A stretch of 64,000 nucleotides of DNA from Bigelowiella natans CCMP2755 (taxonomy: Eukaryota; Protista; Cercozoa): NCBI GenBank assembly GCA_000320545.1, contig ADNK01000140.1:62001-126000 (forward strand), in the 5' to 3' direction. A program made the position numbers and the translations under genes. Under the pieces are notes generated by a model. The model did no database searches, had not been told where the DNA came from, and saw nothing but the letters and a program-made list of their open reading frames with translations. This document shows positions 11,001 to 20,665 of the stretch, one piece after another; positions within the stretch are counted from its first letter, which is position 1, and every line of letters starts with the position of its first letter.

Positions 11001-13032
11001 TGTCCAGTAGCTCCGTTATCTGTCGGATGGTCTTGCCGGGGTTCTTCTTCCGTAGCTCGGTAGGTGTAGGTAGCTTGTTGTCCGCTAGGTCCATAAACTC
11101 TAACGCATTAACGCTTGACTCAGAGGTCCACTCGTCAAGCCGTATCATGTTCTGGCTGATGGTCCTGCCTGACTTCTTTGGCAACTTAGCAAAGTATATC
11201 TTGTGATTGTAGAATGATATGATCCCCCCTAATTTTTCTAGGGCATCCTGTCCGAGGAGTAGTTCCATGGATAAAGTCATGGCTACTCGGGTCTTGATTT
11301 GGGTCTCCGCGTCGCTGCCAGGTATCTGTAGCTTTAGCATTAGCTCACCGACGGTCTTCATGGAAGAGCTTCCGTCTGCTTGAGCATATTTACGTTCTTT
11401 CTTAGTCACTTGATCCAATAGTCCTAACCTTCTTACTGTGCTTAGGCTTATGAAGGACTTCGGCATGCTGCCACTATCCCAAAGGGCAGGTAGTTTCTTG
11501 TAGTCTCCGTAGCTGTCTTTAACTTTAACCTTGGTCATAGCAACTTTGATAGTCCTGTTAGCGTCTTCGTCATTAATGTTGCATACTCCTAAGTTCTTTA
11601 TGTCGTCTAGGGTCATGGGCTTGTCTTGGTCCTGCGTTGCTGGTACTGCTGTCTTCGTCGGCGCCTGCTTAAGGTGATCTAATATTCCGTTTATCTGCTG
11701 CTGTATAGCATTGATACTGTTCTGCTTTTTGTTCTTATATTTATTGTTCTTCCCGTTGTTGCTGCCTTGCCATTTGCTGTTGTTATATCCTTGTCCTCTG
11801 CCTTTCTTTCTCTTTAACTTCTCGTAGTGTTCGTTGAGCTGCCTGATCGTCATCCTGGGTCGTCCTTCTTTCCTGTCTCTGCAGTCTTTAGCGGTGTGTT
11901 TCCCTTTACGTGAGCAGTATCCGCAACGTCGGTTACCTTCCCTGTCCTTGTACCAGTCTCGCTGCGGCTTAATAGCGTTAATGTTTCCTATGCCAGGTAC
12001 CTTAGGGCTGGTAAACTTGCGGTCCTGCTCCTGCTCGCGTAGGGATATAGCCTGCACTGCTGCCTCCATCGTGGTGTAGCCTTTCTCCGTAACGTAAGTG
12101 GATTCCTTTATCTTTAACTTGAACTCTTCAAACCTTGCCTGATCATCACCTGTGTTGTAATTAAAATCATGTAGTTCGTCGATCATATCCTGGAAGCGCG
12201 TGGCAAAGTCTCTAACAGGTTCTCTCTCATGCTGCATCATTGCTCTGTATTTTCTAATAGCCTGGGGTAGGGAGTTAGCATCCTGTTCATTTACAAAAGC
12301 CTTCATTATCGCCTCAACGTCTCGTAGCCCACTAACTGTAGTGTGTATTTTCTCTAGCTGCCTGATCCGGGTCCTGCCTGTCTCGTAAAGGTCCATGGCT
12401 TGCTTTATTATAGCTAGCCATTTGAGCTTGTCGTTTTCGGTGGGGTTAGGGGTAAAGTCGCAGAGTATACTCCTAGCGTTCTTCCACCACCTCCTTGCCT
12501 CACCTCTTTTCCCGTTGTATTTCGTTATCATAACCGGTGCTGTTTTAACAGACATGAACTGGGTGTTCCGCTGTACCGGCTGCTGCTGCTTGACGGTGCT
12601 CTGGGTCGTCCCCCGCGAGGCGCCCAGACCCCCGTCGTTCCTAAACAAAGCTGCCCACTCTGGAGGTAAGTCTGCTTCGTAATCCATGATGTCCTGCATG
12701 ATAGCTGCCCAAACATCATGTGTCTGATACTTGTATTCTATCGATACTTTCAGTTTGGCGTAGTTGCTCGCCCTGGGTCGCAAGGCTCGTAATGCCATTA
12801 CGACCTTCTTGCTTTCGGCGGCCACGTCCTCGTCGTCCGCCTCGTAGAAGTTCTCCAGTGCCTCTGCTGCTGCATCTGCTTTCTTAATCCCGGGTGCTGG
12901 TCCCGGCGGTGCCTGTGGAGGTGTTCCTCCTCCTTCCTTAGCGTCCGTATCGCCCTTCCTTTCCTGTTTCTGCTCGTGCCCTTGCACGGCCTGCGAGCCA
13001 AAGTCCTGCTGTTCTTCTAGCTGCTGTGACAT
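8059..13032 (-). CDS. gag-pol: Gag-Pol polyprotein (1657 aa): Gag with zinc knuckle, aspartic protease, RT, RNase H, integrase, GPY/F-SH3-like region, C-terminal Dam-like domain
   Basis: Gag QHEREPVRDFATRF and CGYCSRKGKHTAKDC; PR ALWDSGS; RT SSLDK...FPYGL...YVDD; RH WTDWS...GEY...TDHKPL...ADYFSR; IN HGPAH...CRC, QIDVY, HVDNE, VERLHRTL; then EGQYV..DPFWGG..RHISHLKNY. No stop codons or frameshifts. Confidence 0.97.
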   Translation of the reverse strand: MSQQLEEQQDFGSQAVQGHEQKQERKGDTDAKEGGGTPPQAPPGPAPGIKKADAAAEALENFYEADDEDVAAESKKVVMALRALRPRASNYAKLKVSIEYKYQTHDVWAAIMQDIMDYEADLPPEWAALFRNDGGLGASRGTTQSTVKQQQPVQRNTQFMSVKTAPVMITKYNGKRGEARRWWKNARSILCDFTPNPTENDKLKWLAIIKQAMDLYETGRTRIRQLEKIHTTVSGLRDVEAIMKAFVNEQDANSLPQAIRKYRAMMQHEREPVRDFATRFQDMIDELHDFNYNTGDDQARFEEFKLKIKESTYVTEKGYTTMEAAVQAISLREQEQDRKFTSPKVPGIGNINAIKPQRDWYKDREGNRRCGYCSRKGKHTAKDCRDRKEGRPRMTIRQLNEHYEKLKRKKGRGQGYNNSKWQGSNNGKNNKYKNKKQNSINAIQQQINGILDHLKQAPTKTAVPATQDQDKPMTLDDIKNLGVCNINDEDANRTIKVAMTKVKVKDSYGDYKKLPALWDSGSMPKSFISLSTVRRLGLLDQVTKKERKYAQADGSSSMKTVGELMLKLQIPGSDAETQIKTRVAMTLSMELLLGQDALEKLGGIISFYNHKIYFAKLPKKSGRTISQNMIRLDEWTSESSVNALEFMDLADNKLPTPTELRKKNPGKTIRQITELLDKTPPADDWDIDKGKKYINKILNEKYSDITKPTTKPSSKLTPVKIELKKGYEECIINDPEHRRPEADWEKIEWQINEWAKEGKIEPSNSPWNVRHVLAKKPTYPFFRLAHNFIRHNRVIKRIQTPTPRIDDVIEHVIGYKYYSSLDKNESYMQTPIHKTSRPITAFSSRHRKWHFVVFPYGLSISGDAFSSQNYRAYTHDGMASVLWVFVFVYVDDDIICTNTVVAQIFLLENIFIRFAHFGFTIRLQKCTFLATRIKWCGYYLEQGRITPNPEKVAALQQAPKPKNAKELKSFLQTAAWILRRFSPTYARTAAAFTTAYRKENSVGLSFAKVWAKAGLDAHFDNLIKLCSNTLLNAKLDTTRPATLWTDWSKLGMAAVLTQDQQIIRVWGRACTAAEAKYSPTKGEYKAMTEAQRKLRYYLLSVPSFTLMTDHKPLLGIDRKLEAPNDEYAAMRADTEEFRDKRTVVYAPGDKQLADYFSRLFEKKVPTQVTPMVNAITFEDGDFLPEPEELQHLQEHLDKYKHKHEVLSDRIYVYTNNVRRTYVPRRTRGALLFTAHGPAHVGENHITALLYHYYWPYKLKEIRTYLRGCRCSSLKAAGVATKESSKSRASKKIKARNFLDIVQIDVYKYDGYHYLTFVDVATGKCWVKKIIKVNVAKKNKGLYKQRLTNCYRTWESELQAIPDEVSINKIPKKLHVDNETSLLQLPHPNIDASPVYYAQSNSKVERLHRTLANLSRINSTTPDKIQGLVNDTFTSGGGIKDKEREEGDDNDDDTESEDEKVPYDGRVLKEGQYVRAKVNLRSRNKQDPFWGGVAKVTERKGRKQYYIYDGNRVTLRHISHLKNYDIGEKLLEDVKVNPTVWERAMPCLGPRPKFDVEYGNNKVRVNDDWRMKIVYLGYPGLRNMERVAMKIKDGKYQLLYLAVPDLPFEHWYKVLGDLDAEGWYGHEPKDEGEFWVSDKGDKVREESITWWLVKFRKR

Positions 13033-13048
13033 TGTTAGTCAAATCGTT

Positions 13049-13066
13049 TCCCGTGTGTGGAAGCCA
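13049..13066 (-). promoter_or_regulatory. Putative 18-nt tRNA primer-binding site
   Basis: Minus strand TGGCTTCCACACACGGGA starts 5 nt after the 5' LTR and is complementary to a CCA-ended tRNA 3' end. Confidence 0.7.
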
Positions 13067-13071
13067 AAGGT

Positions 13072-13397
13072 TGTTGCGCGTAAGGTGTTCACAGGCCGAG
13101 GCGCTACGTGCACAAGTAGGCAGGGGGGGGGAAAGGCACGTTTGCTTCCTTTTGAAGAGTTGTGTTTATTTTTATTAAAGATTATATTTTTATTAAATCG
13201 TGCACTGCGTAATCATTCGCGAAGCTTTCGCGAATGCCGCCGCACGTGGGGCAGCACACTTCCGGTGTGCTGCCATGAGTCCCGCCGGAACCCACGTGCC
13301 TATGCTGTATTAATATCTACGTTATCTATATTCTATATCCGCGACAACCCCTTTGTTGTCGCACGTGACTTGTGCCCGCGTAGTGGTACGCGCTACA
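13072..13397 (-). repeat. 5' LTR
   Basis: Identical by eye to 7682-8007. In sense orientation there is an AT-rich TATA-like stretch (ATATAGAATATAGATAA), hairpins, then repeated AATAAA. Confidence 0.97.
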
Positions 13398-13401
13398 CAC
13401 A
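13398..13401. repeat. Target-site duplication, right (CACA)
   Basis: Matches 7678-7681. Confidence 0.85.
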
Positions 13402-14101
13402 TTCGTTCAGTTGGATGAGTCAGCGTGTCTCGTGATCCTTTCAACTGCTGCGATGAAAACGCTTCTTTCCTTCTTTCTTTCTTTCTTGTCATTGCCACCG
13501 GGCCGGCGATTTGTTGTTTGCAATGACGCAACAATTCACTCGTTCACTCGTGTTTCGATGCGTGCGTGTCGCACGTGAAGTGCACACGCGCACAGCCGAA
13601 GGTGCAGCACTGGCTGGCTTGCAAGCTGGACCAGTGGAGCACAACAGTCACGAAGTGAAAGATGACGGTCCGTGGTTTGCAGCACAGCACGCATCGATCG
13701 CACGCCTGTGCGCGTGGCCAAACTGGCAAAGTCCAGCTGTCCATCATTGTGGTCGTCCAACACAACAGCGAGCCCACCTGCACCACTGCTGCTCTCTAGC
13801 TCTTTGTGTCATGCGACGTCACATGCCTGACAAGTCATTGGCCGTTCGTGCGATCGCACACAATCGGCGCTGCGAGTGGTGAGCTTTCAATGATGACGCT
13901 CACATTCGTGATCACTCGATCAGCTCAGCAATGCTGGAATGTGGAGCAGGCACGTGGGTTGCAAAGTTTCGTTGTGAGTTTGTTTCAGACCAGTGACAGC
14001 TGCACTGAAATGAAAATCAGCAGCTTTGTGTGCAGATCCGCACAAGCGAATGTCGCCGGCCGCCAAGCTAGCCAATGGGCATGGAACACGACGCACCGAC
14101 G
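13398..14101. other. TpA-depleted island A, right part
   Basis: 704 bp containing two TA (13797, 14069), both in CTAG. Confidence 0.85.
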
Positions 14102-14589
14102 TACGTGCGGCCAACTTGTTACACCCTGATGCAACACATGCTAGCATGCCTGCAATGAACGAGCGCTCGAAACGCTGCACCGACGTTGTGTTGACCACTC
14201 TTCCGAAAACATCAGCTTGCACATCATAGCACAGCTAGACAGAGGTTTTGGATCATGACAATTGTTGTCACGCGTTTGATGTTGTCTATAGTTGTCATAT
14301 GAATGAGCGAGTGCTACTAACATGTTTCCATCCTTTGACTTTGATGGTCAGTGCACTTCGTGAGTCGAGGACTTCCATCCGTGTTCGATCTATCCCTCCC
14401 TGACTTCAATTTGCATCTCATCTTCCAATGACATTGTTCTCAAGATCGCCCACATCTTTCATCTTTTTCTTTCAGTTTACGATCCGATTCTCTTGCAAAT
14501 TTTTTAGCAGCACTTTCTTGATTTAAAGCAATTGCCGCTCTAGGAACAAAAATCGAATAAATGAAAATGAGGAACATCCGAAATGACAG

Positions 14590-17487
14590 ATGTTAGTGCA
14601 AACGAACCCTAATCCAATGAGCGGGCCGAACCAAAGCGGCGGGACCTCATAGCGTAGCGTAGACCTGCCCGACAAGAATTATTAGCTTATCTACGCATTC
14701 ATTGGCCTGTATATCTAGTTTCCTACCCATGGAACTTCGCAATAGTTCTGAACATTCTATGTGGAAGTGTCCCCCATGCGAATAGGGCAGTTCCCAGAAG
14801 CGCCACTTTCCAAGGAGCTGGGCGTTCTTGAAACCACATGAAGTAGAGATCCGGCCGGGCAGATTAGAGTGTAAGTGCTCCGTTCTCTGTTGTGGAGGAC
14901 ACGTTATCGTTGCTTCGTTCTGTTCAATACGAGTAGTTCCTTCGGAAAGCTGAGATCTCAATGATTTAATACTTCCGGAAAACACGAGACAATGCCAGTT
15001 TTGCATTACCCACATATGTTTATTCCTAACGACAACATGTCAGAGATTATATTGAAATTAATGAATTGCGTTCATGGCACTTCTGAATATCGGAAGAATT
15101 TCGATTATGTCTGAAAGCTCGCGAAAAGGAAAAGGATCGATCGTTCGCTGTGTGTGGCCGAATGAGTTCTTCTTCTAATTCCGGGATCCTCACCTTCCGA
15201 ATTCGTGGTTTTAGCCAGAACCTCACAGGAATCCCTGAAGATTGTTCGAAAGCACATTTTCTTAAAGAAGTTCGAACTTTATTGGGGGACTCGTCGAACG
15301 TCATTGTAAGACCTCTTCGACCGTCCAACGATTGTTCTTATTGCGTTCATCTTTAGGAAGTGAAGTTTGGGTTCCCGCCAAAGAGCCTCTCGACCGTTCT
15401 TCCAAATGATTCTGACACGGTTTGAAACAATATTAATCTTTTTTCGTTAGCTCATTTGATCCCCTCTTTTCAGATTAAGAACGTGCTCCGTGACAAGGTG
15501 CTTTTCAATCTCTTGCGACAGCAATCGGTGCCTTTCCCCTTGATTACCTCTTCCTGAATTTCTAGGAGACTTTAATAGTGGTGAAGAATGGGCAGTCATT
15601 CCAAACAACTACACCGGTGCGCAAGAGGAAGGCGTCTGCGAATAAGACAAGACAGACTCCCTCCTCTTCGAAGAAAAAGACAAGACAAACTCCTCCCTCT
15701 TCTTCTTCTTCAAAAAAAAAGACAAGAACGGCACGTAGAAAAAATATCTTCACTGCCGAAAGCCAGAATGCATTGGACAAGTCGTCTAGAAGCACTAATC
15801 CAATAACGAATTTTTCCCACAGGCTACTCAATATCTTTCTTCTGAACGCCTGCTCCCCATTTAGATGCCTTGGTGATTTTGGAGAAGGGCTGGCACGTGC
15901 TGCGGACGGGGATCCAGCCTCAAGATACCTTTCTGCGGCTTTGAGCGAAGGGTGCTATTCGTATCTTATGGAGGAAACCTACAATTGTGGCTTACATTTT
16001 GATTTTCTAACGAAATGGAATGTTTCTGCAGGCTCAAAGGAGCACAAGCTATAAGTAAGGGAAATGCCCGTCTCCACTCTGCGTTAGCACATTCTTACTC
16101 ATTTGAGGTTCCACTGTAACTTCTTACTTCAAAATCGATGGGAATACTGACAGATTTTTACTGACTCAGGATGCTAATATTTACCGATTAAGCGAAGGCT
16201 CGCCACACAGGATGAGTAATTACGCCATACTCGTTCTCTCCCTCTCTCTCTTTAACGTTATATTCCTCTCCCTCTCTACTAACTCTCGAATGTGTTTTGT
16301 ATGAATACAAAGCCGTAACATTCCATGATATATCCAAGAAGAAATACAAGGTGGTAGTTCATTTAGAGAGAAATAACCCCAAATTAAACGACAATTTGAT
16401 ATGTACAATAAGGAGGAGATTGATATAATCCCTAAGCCCCTTCTGAAGGCAATATTGCTTCAGGTAATAGCGAGCTAATATAGAGATGATTTGTAGTCTT
16501 CATTAGAACACCTTCCATGGTTTCGTTCAATTCATTGAGGATGATTCGATAAGTCGTAAATTGACCTTTTTCATCATCAAGGTGGTGGTAAATGGGGGAG
16601 AGGATCTCCTGAGGCCTTATCACATGGCTCGTTGCTCCCCTAGGTAAGCATTAGTATCCAGATTAGGATTGATTACAGGAACCAGTGAAATATTTTCACA
16701 AAATATTGCAACAATAGAGTATTCTGGTCGCTCGTAAGGGCTTATGGATCGGATGTTGAGGTAGTATCGGATTGGGTAATAATTGACGTTCAAAGCAGAA
16801 AACACTTGTCATCCATCACTATTAGGCGGTGTTGAGAACTATTCTCCCAAATATTGATTGGAAAAAATTCAAGGGGCGCAAGAGGATTAAATCGAAAAAA
16901 GCCTTGGAGAATGAACGACAGGTGTGCAAAAAGTCATTTCAAATACTCTAAGCGACAAAGGATTATTTTATTTCTGCAATCCATCCCTGTTGTCAAGATA
17001 TAAATAAATATTAATTAAGTTGTCCTGATTCCATAGAGAGTTCCCTTATTTTTTTATCCAATTATTATTTTGAAAGAAATTACTGGAGGGAAAAGCAAAA
17101 AAGCAAGAAGAGCAAGCAATAAAAGCTTCAATACTTCAGGAGCAGTCGATAGTAGAAAAGAAATCCCTGAAGACTAATTCAAACCCTCATTCTAAACCGC
17201 AAGTGGACAAAAATGTAGGAAGTTCCGTTTCTGAGGCTAAGAAAAATCAGGTAGTGAATGTTGTCTGTATCGATACTATCTTTTCACATAATGAGGGAAC
17301 AAATGTATGGTTTCAGGAATTCAATAAGACCGAAGATATACCAAAGTCTTTTGCCAATTCAAACAATCAATCAAATAGCAGTGAAACATCTAGTACTTTA
17401 AAGAAGGTGCGTATACGATTCCGTCCGAAAGGTGCGTCATCTGCGAATATTCGAAGGTTTCCGGGAGCGAAGAGGAAGAAATCATGA
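14590..17487 (+). CDS. Multi-exon gene of unknown function
   Basis: Plus-strand exon-like ORFs (15150-15356, 15578-16054, ~16510-16641, ~17075-17487) with GT donors at ~16462 and ~16642; basic K/R-rich tracts; last exon ends RRFPGAKRKKS*. Start uncertain. Confidence 0.35.
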
Positions 17488-17976
17488 CACGGATAGAATT
17501 GATGTCTGAGGGTGCAAAACCCGTTGCCTTGATGATGCCTGCTGGGGTCGAAGATGGATTGCACTCACAGAGATCTTAATTGCAAAGTTCTAGATTTGTT
17601 TGGTTTTGTGCATGTTTGTCTAGAATTTAAATCATCACACGTGTACGTAGCATCACAAGGTACGGGATGCGCCTGGGCTTCTGTGTGTAGGCATCACGCA
17701 TGCTATCGTCGTCTAGACATCATCGGAGCCAGCCGTCTGCATGTACATCGCGCATCATGTCATGCAAAACCCTACATGCTAGCTAGCATGTGCCCTCGGC
17801 ATAGCTAGATGGAGCTTTAAACGGCACCAATGAGTGGACAATATTCAGGCGCGGCTGCACGCTGATTCGAACGCAATGATGAAATTTTATAGAATTTTGC
17901 TTGATTATTTCTCGATTCATACTTGGAGGACTACAATGACATAGGTTAAATGGTTCATATTCGCATCGCATGTACG

Positions 17977-19494
17977 CTACAACATTGCCCTAGGGTTTCC
18001 AGATATTTTTTTGGCTGCTAATGGGTTGTCTACAGTGAATTTGATGATGCGCTTAACCAACTCGTTGGGAGCATCCTCTTGAATAAAATGCCCTCCGTTC
18101 TGGAAAAAATGAGGATCAACTTCAATATAAAATCGATAATGTACTGGTAGATGAACCTTTATGAGACAATGACGTTGCCCCCTGGCTCCAGGTACAAGCT
18201 TCTGCCAAACCTTTTCACCCCCCTTTGTAACTGCACAAAAAATCCTGTGTTGGCGTATTCATATTAATACTAAAGAAACATATTACTAGGATCGCTGTCT
18301 CCAAAAAGAGTCAAGAAAGGCTTCTTCCAGTTGGCAAAAATTCTTCGCAGTGCTCCTCTATTTTCTTCAACACTGCAGTGCATATCTGTGATTGGAACGA
18401 GTTGCGGAGCGATCCTTGAAGCAGCTTTGTAAGCTTCCTCTGGAAATGGCGCGTCATATGCGTCAAGTTCTCCCTTGCTCAGACTTCTATTACGCACAGC
18501 GAATTTGAAAAGAAGGCTCCATTTGGGGAGCTTCTGAGAAGTCTGAGTAGCCCACCGTAAAAAAGCTTTTGGTAAAGCCTTCTTCTTTCCTTCGGCCCTC
18601 AAGTTTCCTACCGGAAGGCCAGTGTTTGAGATGCAAATACGGGCAAACCTTTCAGGAAGACGTGCTGCAACCCGTAGCCCCACCAGGCCACCCCAATCTT
18701 GAGCGAATAGGGTAACATTATCTAGCTTGCACTTGACGACGAAATCGCACATCCAATCAACCTATGGTAGGTGATAAAGGTTTCGTGATTATTCTGAGCA
18801 TAAAAACGTCAAACCTGCATCTAAAATCCCAACAAAAAAGGACACAAGCTACAGCGGTGAACATTGCAGGGAGTGGGGAGATACCCAACGCTCATAAGAA
18901 TAATCAGATTTTAGAGAAGGTTTGTCCGATTTTCCAAATCCAGGAAGATCTGGACAAACTAAGTGGTTCGAACAAGAATGAATGAATAAGCCGCTTGGAA
19001 TTGATCGGCACAAATAGAGAAACATAAATACTTAAAGGTAACTTCTTGTCTACTCAAATTGTAATACGTACCAACACGATATCCCGCACGCACCAATCCT
19101 GGTATCATGTGACGATACAGAAAGCACCAGGAAGGCTCTCCGTGCATGCAGAGAATTGTTTCCTGGCGACCATACAGCAAACGAAATGGAACTACTATGC
19201 ACAGATAGAGACAACGCACAGATTTTAAAATTTTTGGGAAGAATGTTTTACCTTGACTCCTGGATTGTTGCCTTCATCGAGAAAATGGATGCGCAAATTC
19301 CCATGGACATCACTGTTGACGTAATGTGGTGCGAATGGGAAAACTGTCTTCGGAATCACGTCAAAGCAACTCTGTAAATATTATTGTTTCAAGCCACTTC
19401 AATCAGTTATAAATTTGAGTTCCATCTGCACAACCTCTGGAGTTCGAAGGATCTTAGTAATGGGTCCTTGAGGCTCGGGATGCGCTGAAGCCAT
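17977..19494 (-). CDS. Haloalkane dehalogenase (alpha/beta hydrolase), spliced
   Basis: MASAHPEPQGPITKILRTPE; LCMHGEPSWCFLYRHMIPGLVRAGYRV; nucleophile VTLFAQDWGGLVG; acid FGDSDP; base GGHFIQED; ends GNPRAML* (TAG at 17977-17979). Confidence 0.9.
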
Positions 19495-19649
19495 TGTGCC
19501 TTTTTTTTTCGAGCACAGCGCTGCCTCTACGAATCGATGAATTTGGTAGGCTATTTCAAGGCTATTTATTGTCTGCGACAATCCCTTTTCAGAGGATAAT
19601 GAAAATGTTCGATTATCATCATGAAAGTATCATAAAATATTAGACTACT

Positions 19650-20629
19650 GTGAATAATTCTAACAACAATAATAACAACATCTGGAATTTGCATGGCGGC
19701 CAAGAACAGCACCTTTGTTGGCTGGAGTTTCGTCCCAGCGCACCAACATTGCCTCAGCGGCCGATGAAATATCTGATCGATCAAAAGCTGAGGAGAAAGA
19801 GATTTACTAGATGGTGCCTACCTTTCTACTCCGCCGTTGTGGCCATCCTGTTCTGTCTCCTTTCCCCTTCTTACAGAGGTAAGTAGGTAAATCAGCGTAC
19901 TTAGGCCGATACTGACTTACCTTATTTTACACTTCAGAGGTGAGACTTCGAGATTCGAACCCACATGTGACTCACTTCAACAAACCAGTGGACCTACGGG
20001 GCATCACCTGTGCTAGGTTGCCGCATCTGGATCTAGTTGTGCATTACTTATCGCTCTTATTTGCACTCCCGCCTTTCTATCTGTTATCTCTCTTGTTTGT
20101 CGCAGACCCGATGCTCCCGCTCCAAGGAGCCCTCAACAACCAGCTAACAAGCAAATTGAAGGGGACATGGAGGACATCAGAGTATGATATTGAATTAACA
20201 CTCAGGAATATAAACATACTTAAATCCCTCATGCAGAATTGATTCTTATTTTTGCAGCACAAGATGATGGACGATGTCCCTGGCGTTTACAACATTTGGT
20301 GGGAAAGCAAGGATGATGATTCCCCCATATCTCCGCATATCTGAGCAGCGATGTGTTGTTTGTGGTAGGCACGACAAGATGTCACATTGTCGAGAATATT
20401 ACTCAGAGCAAGGGCCAACAAGAGAGGCTGCACGCACAAGTAGGAACCACGACAAAATCAAAATCATGGTTTATTCTATCTTTATGACTAATACCGTGTA
20501 ATTGTCGATCGTACAGGATGCGTCCCTGATCGAGACGTCGGGTATACCAAAGCGGATTTACTTGGCCTAGTTGGACCCCCACAAGGGTAAGGGTAAGGGT
20601 AAGGGTGGGTTGTGTTGTGTGATACTCCT

Positions 20630-20665
<36 letters not shown>

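Larger units (their letters stand above)
7682..13397 (-). mobile_element. Complete Ty3/Gypsy-type LTR retrotransposon (5716 bp)
   Basis: Two 326-bp LTRs with TG...CA ends, 4-bp TSD, PBS, PPT, and one ORF in the order Gag-PR-RT-RH-IN (Gypsy order). Confidence 0.97.

Noticed and set aside
8606-12719. Many short ORFs overlapping gag-pol
   Set aside because: Shadow ORFs of a long coding frame; no env-like or conserved antisense gene evident.
13067-13150. Tf1-like self-priming via TTTGCTTCC in the LTR
   Set aside because: The match to the post-LTR sequence is imperfect, and an 18-nt TGG-initiated PBS explains priming better.
13511-14323. Stacked ORFs on both strands (also at 25281-26148 and 36656-37603)
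   Set aside because: A consequence of TpA loss removing TAA/TAG; the products are Cys/His/Ala-rich with no motifs.
17977-17990. C-terminal AML as a peroxisomal PTS1
   Set aside because: Does not fit the (S/A/C)(K/R/H)(L/M) consensus at position 2.
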